This document shows positions 39,438-52,093 of a stretch of 64,000 nt of DNA, one piece after another. Each line of letters begins with the position of its first letter. Positions within the stretch are counted from its first letter, which is position 1. The position numbers and the translations under genes were made by a program. Source of the stretch: Eledone cirrhosa (Eukaryota); assembly GCA_964016885.1 (NCBI GenBank), contig OZ024742.1:225184001-225248000 (forward strand), read 5' to 3'. The notes below the pieces were generated by a model. The model worked only from the letters and a program-made list of their open reading frames with translations. It had not been told where the DNA came from and did no database searches.

Positions 39438-40960
39438 TTAAGGGTTCGATTTGTAGTGCGAAAATTTCTCTTTGAGTCTATGGTTACAATAAATTGATCT
39501 CTCAATTTTATTGTTGAGTAACCTATTCTTCGAACTTAAGATGTGGAACAGCTCAAGGTCGCATAATCGACAGCTTCTCATACCACTCCGATATGGGGGC
39601 GCGTTCGATAATTTTTTCCACTTCAGGGTGTATTGATGGTTACTTTACATCAGTTGCCAGGTCTTGTTTGCAAGGGTAGTTACATAACGGTGCTGGGAAT
39701 GTTTCATTGCGTAGCGGTGTGTATACCAACGAGCTTTAAATGTATTCCCAGTCGCTCCGATGTAATACCATTTCTGGTTGTCTGATTCCACTGTGCATTG
39801 GTAAACCAGGTTAGATTGCATACATTCATTTTGTAATGGACAAGTTTCAGGTAGGTGGCAGTTACATTTCTTGTTATGGGCAACCTTGGCATTATTTGTG
39901 GGCTGCGATGCCTTAACAAGTGTGTTACGTTTTGTTTGCCTATTAGCGGGTGGTTGTGTATTAGATATTCTGTTGTGTTCGGTGGTAATTGTATTGTTAT
40001 TGTTGTAAATTTGTGTTTTGGTGTTGTTATGTATCTTTTTAGCGTTAAGCATCTTAATGTGTGCCTCTATATTTGGTGCCGTGGAGTAGGATAGTCTAAT
40101 AGATTTAGTGTTAAAGATTTTGTTGTATCTATGTGAATCTGGAAAGTGCCTATTTATTATTCTAAAGAAAGTATAGGGTAGGTTAGTACTAATAGAGGTG
40201 TTAAATATGGGGTTATACCAGATATATTTTCTACTGCGTGACTTGTTTAATTTCGATGTTGTATTTCTATTTGCCGTATACTTCGCAGTTCTATGCGTAA
40301 ATGTGTGTATGCGTGTGTTTCTGGAGTTTGTGTTATGCGTGTTCGTGTGCGCTTCACAGAGGCTTTCATCCATATATTCTACTCTATCTAAGTGGCCTGC
40401 CTTGTCTAATGCGGTATTGTAGTATTCTGCATGTTCTTCGAAGATTTGTCGGTTAGATGAGAGGCGGGAGATCCTAAGGGATATGTTGCGTGGAATGGAT
40501 TTAATTATTGATAGTGGGTGGTTTGAGTTACAGTTGATGTATGCTAAGTTTTCATTAATCTTGTGAAAAGGTCTTATAAGTCCCGTATTTAGGTTAAGCG
40601 TCACATCTAGAAAGTTAACTGTTTTAGTGCTATACTCATACGTTATGCTAAGGCCTAGTTTTCCGAGAGTCTTTCTAATATTCTTACGGAGTCTTTCTAT
40701 GCTCTGGTTATTTAGGTTCTTAACTGGGAGAAGGGCGTCGTCTCTGTAGATTCCACCGTGAAGGTTGCTAAACTCGGTTTGTAAACTATGGGCTATGTAA
40801 ATACCTACTAAGTCTATAACTTGAGCCGAGTCATTAGCCCCCATCGTGATGTCAAAGTTATTTAATCTATCCTTACGTTCCCAGGCGTTTTCAAATTTAA
40901 TTATTGTTTTCCTAGCAGCTTATATGATTTTTATCTCGTCGTCTGTTATGTCAGAATTGG
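39438..40960 (-). pseudogene. Penelope-like (Naiad-type) reverse transcriptase + C-terminal GIY-YIG endonuclease, 5'-truncated, two in-frame TAA stops
   Basis: FDITMGANDSAQ..LVGIYI, GIYRDD, VNFLDVTLNL, YINCNSNHP, IWYNP, CNC..CPL..C, LVYQC..YYIGAT..FKARWYTH; the frame continues past the stop at 39645 as PPY..CRLCDLE..LLN..CNH. Confidence 0.88.
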
Positions 40961-41047
40961 CAATATAAGGTTGCACTTACCAATGAAACGGTCGTAAATA
41001 CCTGGATAAAATCCTTCTCTTAATGCTTACCTGTGTTTTCTCTTTTA

Positions 41048-41111
<64 letters not shown>

Positions 41112-41385
41112 CAGCTAGTTATATTTGCTCAACAAATTCAGAAACGAAATATATATATATATTTATATAAAGAAGAGAAAAAGGAACGAATAAGAAGGAA
41201 AAGAGGAAGAAGAACAAAGGGGGAAAGGTGGTGAGGAGAGAGGAAGAAAGATATATATATATATCTTTCTTCCTCTCTCCTCACCACCTTTCCCATTTTG
41301 TTCTTCTTCCTCTTTTCCTTCTTTTTCGTTCCTTTTTCTCTTCTTTTCCTCCTGGCCTTTTGATTAAGAAAAGACCTCGGGCGCA

Positions 41386-41456
41386 CCGCGGATCGCTATA
41401 GATGTCCTGTAAATAAGCGCCGAAACATCTGGATCGCGGATTACAGCTGACGAAGG
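41386..41456 (+). ncRNA. Candidate non-circularly permuted hammerhead ribozyme with intact core
   Basis: TAGATG-TC-CTGTAA ... CC-GAAA-CATCTG ... TTACAG-CTGACGA-AGG; stems I and III pair fully, stem II is only 2 bp. Confidence 0.65.
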
Positions 41457-41754
41457 ATTCTTTCTTCTTTTCTCCTCTTGTTCCGTCCAAATCACCATCC
41501 TAAACCTTGTTTTTAGTAACCACACAGCTCCTTTCGTTTCTTATCATCTATATATCTAAAACAAAGAAAGTCTGTCTATCTGTCTGTCTGTCTGTCGGCT
41601 CACTAAAACTCGAGAACCACCAAACCGATTGTTTTCAACCTTTACACGTGTCATACTTATGGTCCTATCTTTTTAGATAGATACATAGACATAACGTTGC
41701 GCCCTTATACTATCTGTCTGTATGTCTGTCTGTCTGCATTACGACATTATGACG

Positions 41755-41892
<138 letters not shown>

Positions 41893-42240
41893 TGTGTGCA
41901 TATATATATATAGTGTGTGTAACGTTTCTCGAAATATTTACTTCTGCGTTCACAGATTGATTTTTTTAGTTTCAGAAGATCTCATCAAGGGACCGATCCT
42001 TTGCTTAAACTTTAATCTGTTATTTTAATATATATATAAATATATATATAATTATATATTCGTGTACAGATATGTTTGCATACACAATAACAGAATACAA
42101 ACAAAAGTATTTATTTCGCGATAAAGTATTGATTTTCTTCGCACGAAAAAAAACCGTGGTAATCTACGACGAATTTTTTTTATAAGCACAAAATGTAGAC
42201 ACCATCCCGAGGCCGAGGTATTCCGTACTTCTCTGTACTG

Positions 42241-42295
<55 letters not shown>

Positions 42296-42310
42296 TTTTA
42301 ATATAGATGA

Positions 42311-42359
42311 GATTCTACAGGACTAGAACTGTTTCATTCATTAGAAATCATCAGGAATC
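42311..42359 (-). ncRNA. Type I hammerhead ribozyme (left arm of palindrome)
   Basis: Exact reverse complement of 42364-42412. Confidence 0.8.
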
Positions 42360-42363
42360 AGAT

Positions 42364-42412
42364 GATTCCTGATGATTTCTAATGAATGAAACAGTTCTAG
42401 TCCTGTAGAATC
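42364..42412 (+). ncRNA. Type I hammerhead ribozyme (right arm of palindrome)
   Basis: GATTC-CTGATGA-tTTC(taat)GAAt-GAAA-CAG(ttctagtc)CTG-TA-GAATC; GUA site. Confidence 0.8.
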
Positions 42413-42495
42413 TCATCTATATTAAAACTGTTATACTCTGCTATGTATTGAGTACCTTACTTACTGTGGTTACCTCCGATTCAACCCGGAATAAC

Positions 42496-42553
<58 letters not shown>

Positions 42554-42765
42554 ATATATATATATATATAATTATATATTCGTCTACAGATATTTTAGCA
42601 TGCACAATAACTGTTTCTACTTTTGGCACAAGGCCAGCAATTACCCAGTCAAAATGTAAACAAACGTATTTATTTCACGAGGCTCGATAAGGATAAATAT
42701 ATATCAAATATATAAGTATAAGAACCCTAGAGCAAATCCCGAGCAACGCCGGGCCATTCTGCTAG

Positions 42766-42809
<44 letters not shown>

Positions 42810-42962
42810 ATAAATGCTCTGAAATAGCGATATATATGTGAATATAGACATAGAATATTCGAAAATATTCTGTATGTTTATAATAAACATTTTGAAGACC
42901 TAATCGCTATAGAATAGAATACGTCACGTATTACAATTAGATTCTCGATAAAAGCAAGGGAA

Positions 42963-43005
42963 GTAATCTACGCGTTTCATTCTCGTTAGAAATCATCAGG
43001 ACTAC
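42963..43005 (-). ncRNA. Type I hammerhead ribozyme, first of 7 minus-strand copies (every 310 bp)
   Basis: Reverse complement of GTAGTC-CTGATGA-TTTCTAACGAGAAT-GAAA-CGCG-TA-GATTAC. Confidence 0.85.
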
Positions 43006-45066
43006 ATATCCAGTGCTTTTATCGAGAATGACACAGCTAGAGACTTATAGAATACTTAGCTGTGTACAGGAACTGGTTTGAAAGAGCAGTTGCCGGTCCG
43101 GCAGAAATTAGAAATTGGAATAAATGCTCTGAAATAGCGATATATATGTGAATATAGACATAGAATATTCGAAAATATTCTGTATGTTTATAATAAACAT
43201 TTTGAAGACCTAATCGCTATAGAATAGAATACGTCACGTATTACAATTAGATTCTCGATAAAAGCAAGGGAAGTAATCTACGCGTTTCATTCTCGTTAGA
43301 AATCATCAGGACTACATATCCAGTGCTTTTATCGAGAATGACACAGCTAGAGACTTATAGAATACTTAGCTGTGTACAGGAACTGGTTTGAAAGAGCAGT
43401 TGCCGGTCCGGCAGAAATTAGAAATTGGAATAAATGCTCTGAAATAGCGATATATATGTGAATATAGACATAGAATATTCGAAAATATTCTGTATGTTTA
43501 TAATAAACATTTTGAAGACCTAATCGCTATAGAATAGAATACGTCACGTATTACAATTAGATTCTCGATAAAAGCAAGGGAAGTAATCTACGCGTTTCAT
43601 TCTCGTTAGAAATCATCAGGACTACATATCCAGTGCTTTTATCGAGAATGACACAGCTAGAGACTTATAGAATACTTAGCTGTGTACAGGAACTGGTTTG
43701 AAAGAGCAGTTGCCGGTCCGGCAGAAATTAGAAATTGGAATAAATGCTCTGAAATAGCGATATATATGTGAATATAGACATAGAATATTCGAAAATATTC
43801 TGTATGTTTATAATAAACATTTTGAAGACCTAATCGCTATAGAATAGAATACGTCACGTATTACAATTAGATTCTCGATAAAAGCAAGGGAAGTAATCTA
43901 CGCGTTTCATTCTCGTTAGAAATCATCAGGACTACATATCCAGTGCTTTTATCGAGAATGACACAGCTAGAGACTTATAGAATACTTAGCTGTGTACAGG
44001 AACTGGTTTGAAAGAGCAGTTGCCGGTCCGGCAGAAATTAGAAATTGGAATAAATGCTCTGAAATAGCGATATATATGTGAATATAGACATAGAATATTC
44101 GAAAATATTCTGTATGTTTATAATAAACATTTTGAAGACCTAATCGCTATAGAATAGAATACGTCACGTATTACAATTAGATTCTCGATAAAAGCAAGGG
44201 AAGTAATCTACGCGTTTCATTCTCGTTAGAAATCATCAGGACTACATATCCAGTGCTTTTATCGAGAATGACACAGCTAGAGACTTATAGAATACTTAGC
44301 TGTGTACAGGAACTGGTTTGAAAGAGCAGTTGCCGGTCCGGCAGAAATTAGAAATTGGAATAAATGCTCTGAAATAGCGATATATATGTGAATATAGACA
44401 TAGAATATTCGGAAATATTCTGTATGTTTATAATAAACATTTTGAAGACCTAATCGCTATAGAATAGAATACGTCACGTATTACAATTAGATTCTCGATA
44501 AAAGCAAGGGAAGTAATCTACGCGTTTCATTCTCGTTAGAAATCATCAGGACTACATATCCAGTGCTTTTATCGAGAATGACACAGCTAGAGACTTATAG
44601 AATACTTAGCTGTGTACAGGAACTGGTTTGAAAGAGCAGTTGCCGGTCCGGCAGAAATTAGAAATTGGAATAAATGCTCTGAAATAGCGATATATATGTG
44701 AATATAGACATAGAATATTCGAAAATATTCTGTATGTTTATAATAAACATTTTGAAGACCTAATCGCTATAGAATAGAATACGTCACGTATTACAATTAG
44801 ATTCTCGATAAAAGCAAGGGAAGTAATCTACGCGTTTCATTCTCGTTAGAAATCATCAGGACTACATATCCAGTGCTTTTATCGAGAATGACACAGCTAG
44901 AGACTTATAGAATACTTAGCTGTGTACAGGAACTGGTTTGAAAGAGCAGTTGCCGGTCCGGCAGAAATTAGAAATTGGAATAAATGCTCTGAAATAGCGA
45001 TATATATGTGAATATAGACATAGAATATTCTCTAGCTGTGTCATTCTCGATAAAAGCACTGGATAT

Positions 45067-45109
45067 GTAGTCCTGATGATTTCTAACAAGAATGAAACGC
45101 GTAGATTAC
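45067..45109 (+). ncRNA. Type I hammerhead ribozyme, first of 18 plus-strand copies (every 310 bp to 50379)
   Basis: Stem I GTAGTC/GATTAC, CTGATGA core, stem II TTCT/AGAA, GAAA, palindromic ACGCGT stem III, GUA site. Confidence 0.85.
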
Positions 45110-48100
45110 TTCCCTTGCTTTTATCGAGAATCTAATTGTAATACGTGACGTATTCTATTCTATAGCGATTAGGTCTTCAAAATGTTTATTATAAACATAC
45201 AGAATATTTTCGAATATTCTATGTCTATATTCACATATATATCGCTATTTCAGAGCATTTATTCCAATTTCTAATTTCTGCCGGACCGGCAACTGCTCTT
45301 TCAAACCAGTTCCTGTACACAGCTAAGTATTCTATAAGTCTCTAGCTGTGTCATTCTCGATAAAAGCACTGGATATGTAGTCCTGATGATTTCTAACGAG
45401 AATGAAACGCGTAGATTACTTCCCTTGCTTTTATCGAGAATCTAATTGTAATACGTGACGTATTCTATTCTATAGCGATTAGGTCTTCAAAATGTTTATT
45501 ATAAACATACAGAATATTTTCGAATATTCTATGTCTATATTCACATATATATCGCTATTTCAGAGCATTTATTCCAATTTCTAATTTCTGCCGGACCGGC
45601 AACTGCTCTTTCAAACCAGTTCCTGTACACAGCTAAGTATTCTATAAGTCTCTAGCTGTGTCATTCTCGATAAAAGCACTGGATATGTAGTCCTGATGAT
45701 TTCTAACGAGAATGAAACGCGTAGATTACTTCCCTTGCTTTTATCGAGAATCTAATTGTAATACGTGACGTATTCTATTCTATAGCGATTAGGTCTTCAA
45801 AATGTTTATTATAAACATACAGAATATTTTCGAATATTCTATGTCTATATTCACATATATATCGCTATTTCAGAGCATTTATTCCAATTTCTAATTTCTG
45901 CCGGACCGGCAACTGCTCTTTCAAACCAGTTCCTGTACACAGCTAAGTATTCTATAAGTCTCTAGCTGTGTCATTCTCGATAAAAGCACTGGATATGTAG
46001 TCCTGATGATTTCTAACGAGAATGAAACGCGTAGATTACTTCCCTTGCTTTTATCGAGAATCTAATTGTAATACGTGACGTATTCTATTCTATAGCGATT
46101 AGGTCTTCAAAATGTTTATTATAAACATACAGAATATTTTCGAATATTCTATGTCTATATTCACATATATATCGCTATTTCAGAGCATTTATTCCAATTT
46201 CTAATTTCTGCCGGACCGGCAACTGCTCTTTCAAACCAGTTCCTGTACACAGCTAAGTATTCTATAAGTCTCTAGCTGTGTCATTCTCGATAAAAGCACT
46301 GGATATGTAGTCCTGATGATTTCTAACGAGAATGAAACGCGTAGATTACTTCCCTTGCTTTTATCGAGAATCTAATTGTAATACGTGACGTATTCTATTC
46401 TATAGCGATTAGGTCTTCAAAATGTTTATTATAAACATACAGAATATTTTCGAATATTCTATGTCTATATTCACATATATATCGCTATTTCAGAGCATTT
46501 ATTCCAATTTCTAATTTCTGCCGGACCGGCAACTGCTCTTTCAAACCAGTTCCTGTACACAGCTAAGTATTCTATAAGTCTCTAGCTGTGTCATTCTCGA
46601 TAAAAGCACTGGATATGTAGTCCTGATGATTTCTAACGAGAATGAAACGCGTAGATTACTTCCCTTGCTTTTATCGAGAATCTAATTGTAATACGTGACG
46701 TATTCTATTCTATAGCGATTAGGTCTTCAAAATGTTTATTATAAACATACAGAATATTTTCGAATATTCTATGTCTATATTCACATATATATCGCTATTT
46801 CAGAGCATTTATTCCAATTTCTAATTTCTGCCGGACCGGCAACTGCTCTTTCAAACCAGTTCCTGTACACAGCTAAGTATTCTATAAGTCTCTAGCTGTG
46901 TCATTCTCGATAAAAGCACTGGATATGTAGTCCTGATGATTTCTAACGAGAATGAAACGCGTAGATTACTTCCCTTGCTTTTATCGAGAATCTAATTGTA
47001 ATACGTGACGTATTCTATTCTATAGCGATTAGGTCTTCAAAATGTTTATTATAAACATACAGAATATTTTCGAATATTCTATGTCTATATTCACATATAT
47101 ATCGCTATTTCAGAGCATTTATTCCAATTTCTAATTTCTGCCGGACCGGCAACTGCTCTTTCAAACCAGTTCCTGTACACAGCTAAGTATTCTATAAGTC
47201 TCTAGCTGTGTCATTCTCGATAAAAGCACTGGATATGTAGTCCTGATGATTTCTAACGAGAATGAAACGCGTAGATTACTTCCCTTGCTTTTATCGAGAA
47301 TCTAATTGTAATACGTGACGTATTCTATTCTATAGCGATTAGGTCTTCAAAATGTTTATTATAAACATACAGAATATTTTCGAATATTCTATGTCTATAT
47401 TCACATATATATCGCTATTTCAGAGCATTTATTCCAATTTCTAATTTCTGCCGGACCGGCAACTGCTCTTTCAAACCAGTTCCTGTACACAGCTAAGTAT
47501 TCTATAAGTCTCTAGCTGTGTCATTCTCGATAAAAGCACTGGATATGTAGTCCTGATGATTTCTAACGAGAATGAAACGCGTAGATTACTTCCCTTGCTT
47601 TTATCGAGAATCTAATTGTAATACGTGACGTATTCTATTCTATAGCGATTAGGTCTTCAAAATGTTTATTATAAACATACAGAATATTTTCGAATATTCT
47701 ATGTCTATATTCACATATATATCGCTATTTCAGAGCATTTATTCCAATTTCTAATTTCTGCCGGACCGGCAACTGCTCTTTCAAACCAGTTCCTGTACAC
47801 AGCTAAGTATTCTATAAGTCTCTAGCTGTGTCATTCTCGATAAAAGCACTGGATATGTAGTCCTGATGATTTCTAACGAGAATGAAACGCGTAGATTACT
47901 TCCCTTGCTTTTATCGAGAATCTAATTGTAATACGTGACGTATTCTATTCTATAGCGATTAGGTCTTCAAAATGTTTATTATAAACATACAGAATATTTT
48001 CGAATATTCTATGTCTATATTCACATATATATCGCTATTTCAGAGCATTTATTCCAATTTCTAATTTCTGCCGGACCGGCAACTGCTCTTTCAAACCAGT

Positions 48101-50499
48101 TCCTGTACACAGCTAAGTATTCTATAAGTCTCTAGCTGTGTCATTCTCGATAAAAGCACTGGATATGTAGTCCTGATGATTTCTAACGAGAATGAAACGC
48201 GTAGATTACTTCCCTTGCTTTTATCGAGAATCTAATTGTAATACGTGACGTATTCTATTCTATAGCGATTAGGTCTTCAAAATGTTTATTATAAACATAC
48301 AGAATATTTTCGAATATTCTATGTCTATATTCACATATATATCGCTATTTCAGAGCATTTATTCCAATTTCTAATTTCTGCCGGACCGGCAACTGCTCTT
48401 TCAAACCAGTTCCTGTACACAGCTAAGTATTCTATAAGTCTCTAGCTGTGTCATTCTCGATAAAAGCACTGGATATGTAGTCCTGATGATTTCTAACGAG
48501 AATGAAACGCGTAGATTACTTCCCTTGCTTTTATCGAGAATCTAATTGTAATACGTGACGTATTCTATTCTATAGCGATTAGGTCTTCAAAATGTTTATT
48601 ATAAACATACAGAATATTTTCGAATATTCTATGTCTATATTCACATATATATCGCTATTTCAGAGCATTTATTCCAATTTCTAATTTCTGCCGGACCGGC
48701 AACTGCTCTTTCAAACCAGTTCCTGTACACAGCTAAGTATTCTATAAGTCTCTAGCTGTGTCATTCTCGATAAAAGCACTGGATATGTAGTCCTGATGAT
48801 TTCTAACGAGAATGAAACGCGTAGATTACTTCCCTTGCTTTTATCGAGAATCTAATTGTAATACGTGACGTATTCTATTCTATAGCGATTAGGTCTTCAA
48901 AATGTTTATTATAAACATACAGAATATTTTCGAATATTCTATGTCTATATTCACATATATATCGCTATTTCAGAGCATTTATTCCAATTTCTAATTTCTG
49001 CCGGACCGGCAACTGCTCTTTCAAACCAGTTCCTGTACACAGCTAAGTATTCTATAAGTCTCTAGCTGTGTCATTCTCGATAAAAGCACTGGATATGTAG
49101 TCCTGATGATTTCTAACGAGAATGAAACGCGTAGATTACTTCCCTTGCTTTTATCGAGAATCTAATTGTAATACGTGACGTATTCTATTCTATAGCGATT
49201 AGGTCTTCAAAATGTTTATTATAAACATACAGAATATTTTCGAATATTCTATGTCTATATTCACATATATATCGCTATTTCAGAGCATTTATTCCAATTT
49301 CTAATTTCTGCCGGACCGGCAACTGCTCTTTCAAACCAGTTCCTGTACACAGCTAAGTATTCTATAAGTCTCTAGCTGTGTCATTCTCGATAAAAGCACT
49401 GGATATGTAGTCCTGATGATTTCTAACGAGAATGAAACGCGTAGATTACTTCCCTTGCTTTTATCGAGAATCTAATTGTAATACGTGACGTATTCTATTC
49501 TATAGCGATTAGGTCTTCAAAATGTTTATTATAAACATACAGAATATTTTCGAATATTCTATGTCTATATTCACATATATATCGCTATTTCAGAGCATTT
49601 ATTCCAATTTCTAATTTCTGCCGGACCGGCAACTGCTCTTTCAAACCAGTTCCTGTACACAGCTAAGTATTCTATAAGTCTCTAGCTGTGTCATTCTCGA
49701 TAAAAGCACTGGATATGTAGTCCTGATGATTTCTAACGAGAATGAAACGCGTAGATTACTTCCCTTGCTTTTATCGAGAATCTAATTGTAATACGTGACG
49801 TATTCTATTCTATAGCGATTAGGTCTTCAAAATGTTTATTATAAACATACAGAATATTTTCGAATATTCTATGTCTATATTCACATATATATCGCTATTT
49901 CAGAGCATTTATTCCAATTTCTAATTTCTGCCGGACCGGCAACTGCTCTTTCAAACCAGTTCCTGTACACAGCTAAGTATTCTATAAGTCTCTAGCTGTG
50001 TCATTCTCGATAAAAGCACTGGATATGTAGTCCTGATGATTTCTAACGAGAATGAAACGCGTAGATTACTTCCCTTGCTTTTATCGAGAATCTAATTGTA
50101 ATACGTGACGTATTCTATTCTATAGCGATTAGGTCTTCAAAATGTTTATTATAAACATACAGAATATTTTCGAATATTCTATGTCTATATTCACATATAT
50201 ATCGCTATTTCAGAGCATTTATTCCAATTTCTAATTTCTGCCGGACCGGCAACTGCTCTTTCAAACCAGTTCCTGTACACAGCTAAGTATTCTATAAGTC
50301 TCTAGCTGTGTCATTCTCGATAAAAGCACTGGATATGTAGTCCTGATGATTTCTAACGAGAATGAAACGCGTAGATTACTTCCCTTGCTTTTATCGAGAA
50401 TCTAATTGTAATACGTGACGTATTCTATTCTATAGCGATTAGGTCTTCAAAATGTTTATTATAAACATACAGAATATTTTCGAATATTCTATGTCTATA

Positions 50500-50641
<142 letters not shown>

Positions 50642-51434
50642 TACACGGGTGTGTATGATTGTGTATAGAAGATTATGTTAATAAAAGGAATTCCAACTTT
50701 GTCTGATTTACTCGTTTTATTTACAATCCTTTAAAATTATAATGGTATTATAATGAAATAGTATGGTAGAATATTAAATGTTAAATGTTAATTGAACAAG
50801 TACTTTCATGCTTTTGCAATCTTCAGGTTCATATTCAGTGGTGACAGTCAAGTTGGCAATTTTCAAGCGTGTTTCTGTGTCTGTGTGTGCGTATATATAT
50901 ACATATATATACCAATAACATAACTGTAGCCGACAACGGTATTATACTGGAATATAAATCGGAGCGGGCGTTGTGGATTGTGGGTTGCGGGGCGAAAATT
51001 TTTATTAACGAAAGAAAACAAACTCATGTCACACACATCTTGGCATTTTTCCTCATCAAATCAACAACAAAAACTAACAAACCAACCAAACAACCAAATA
51101 ACAGACAAACAAACTAGCAAAAGCAAGCGACTAATAGTAAGAAGACGCAAAACGAACACAAGAAAACAACTGCTACATATCATTGTAGTTAGTGATGGTG
51201 GCAGGAACATTGGGAGCAATAAATTGAATGAATAAAGTGAAGGGGGTCAGCGTTTTAGGAATAACAAAATCGTTGGCCAATAAATGAGACATATGTTGTT
51301 AAACGAGGGGGGGGGGGGGGGCAGATGTCGGTACGTGTTATTTTTTTATACTCATCTTCTCCTTCTGCTTCTTTTTTCCTCTTCATCTGCTTTTTCTTCA
51401 TCATCATATTTTCATTTTTCTTTTCCTTCTTCAG

Positions 51435-51511
51435 TCTTCTTCTTCTTCTTCTTCTTCTTCTTCTTCTTCTTCTTCTTCTTCTTCTTCTTCTTCTTCTTCT
51501 TCTTCTTCTTC
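51435..51511. repeat. (TTC)n microsatellite
   Basis: Directly visible. Confidence 0.95.
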
Positions 51512-51851
51512 TATCCCAATTCCTGCCAAAACCAAACCTTTTCTCTCATTTACCGTCCGTCATTTGTTCTCTAAAACAGGGTATCCTTTCCTCCCAATAA
51601 TTCGACAACTGCTCCTCTGGGAAATCGGCTCTATTAACCGACCAGCCAGCATGACAGACAGACAGACAGACAGATAGAGAGGCACAAAGATATACAGACG
51701 GACAGACAGACGAACCAGGCAAATAGATAGTCACTGAGCGAGAGGAGACTTGAAAATCACTGTTGATTAGTTGCCATAATTACCATAAAGGCACCAGAGA
51801 TGCCATTCATGACGATAGTAATAATATTAATAATATTATCAACAACAATAA

Positions 51852-51903
<52 letters not shown>

Positions 51904-52093
51904 GTAATAATTTCTTTATTAACCACAAGGGTTTACATAAGTAGACATTAAGGACAGTACAGGACAATACAGGACGGTACAAATGGGCATTTCTGCGTGT
52001 AAAAAACAAGAAACAGAGGATGTAATAATAGAACAATGAAAAAATTCCCCAATAGTGGGGAGACTTCCGAGGGACATTCGTGGAGAAAGCCCA

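Larger units (their letters stand above)
38303..41051 (-). mobile_element. 5'-truncated Penelope-like element with an inverted copy of its 3' region at the 5' end, in (TA)n
   Basis: RT-GIY-YIG pseudogene; 40960-41051 is the reverse complement of 38435-38526; both outer flanks are (TA)n. Confidence 0.8.

Noticed and set aside
39645-40925. In-frame stops in the Naiad-type ORF as selenocysteine recoding
   Set aside because: Both stops are TAA, not TGA, so they are ordinary nonsense mutations.
40960-41005. GAAACGGTCGTA in the Penelope-like terminal repeat as a possible HHR
   Set aside because: No CTGANGA at the expected position in either copy.
43085-43105. GTTGCCGGTCC resembling a twister ribozyme core
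   Set aside because: The remaining twister consensus and pseudoknot pairings could not be found.
50650-51800. Possible promoter (GC-box-like and CCAAT motifs)
   Set aside because: Short motifs expected by chance, and no associated gene is visible.
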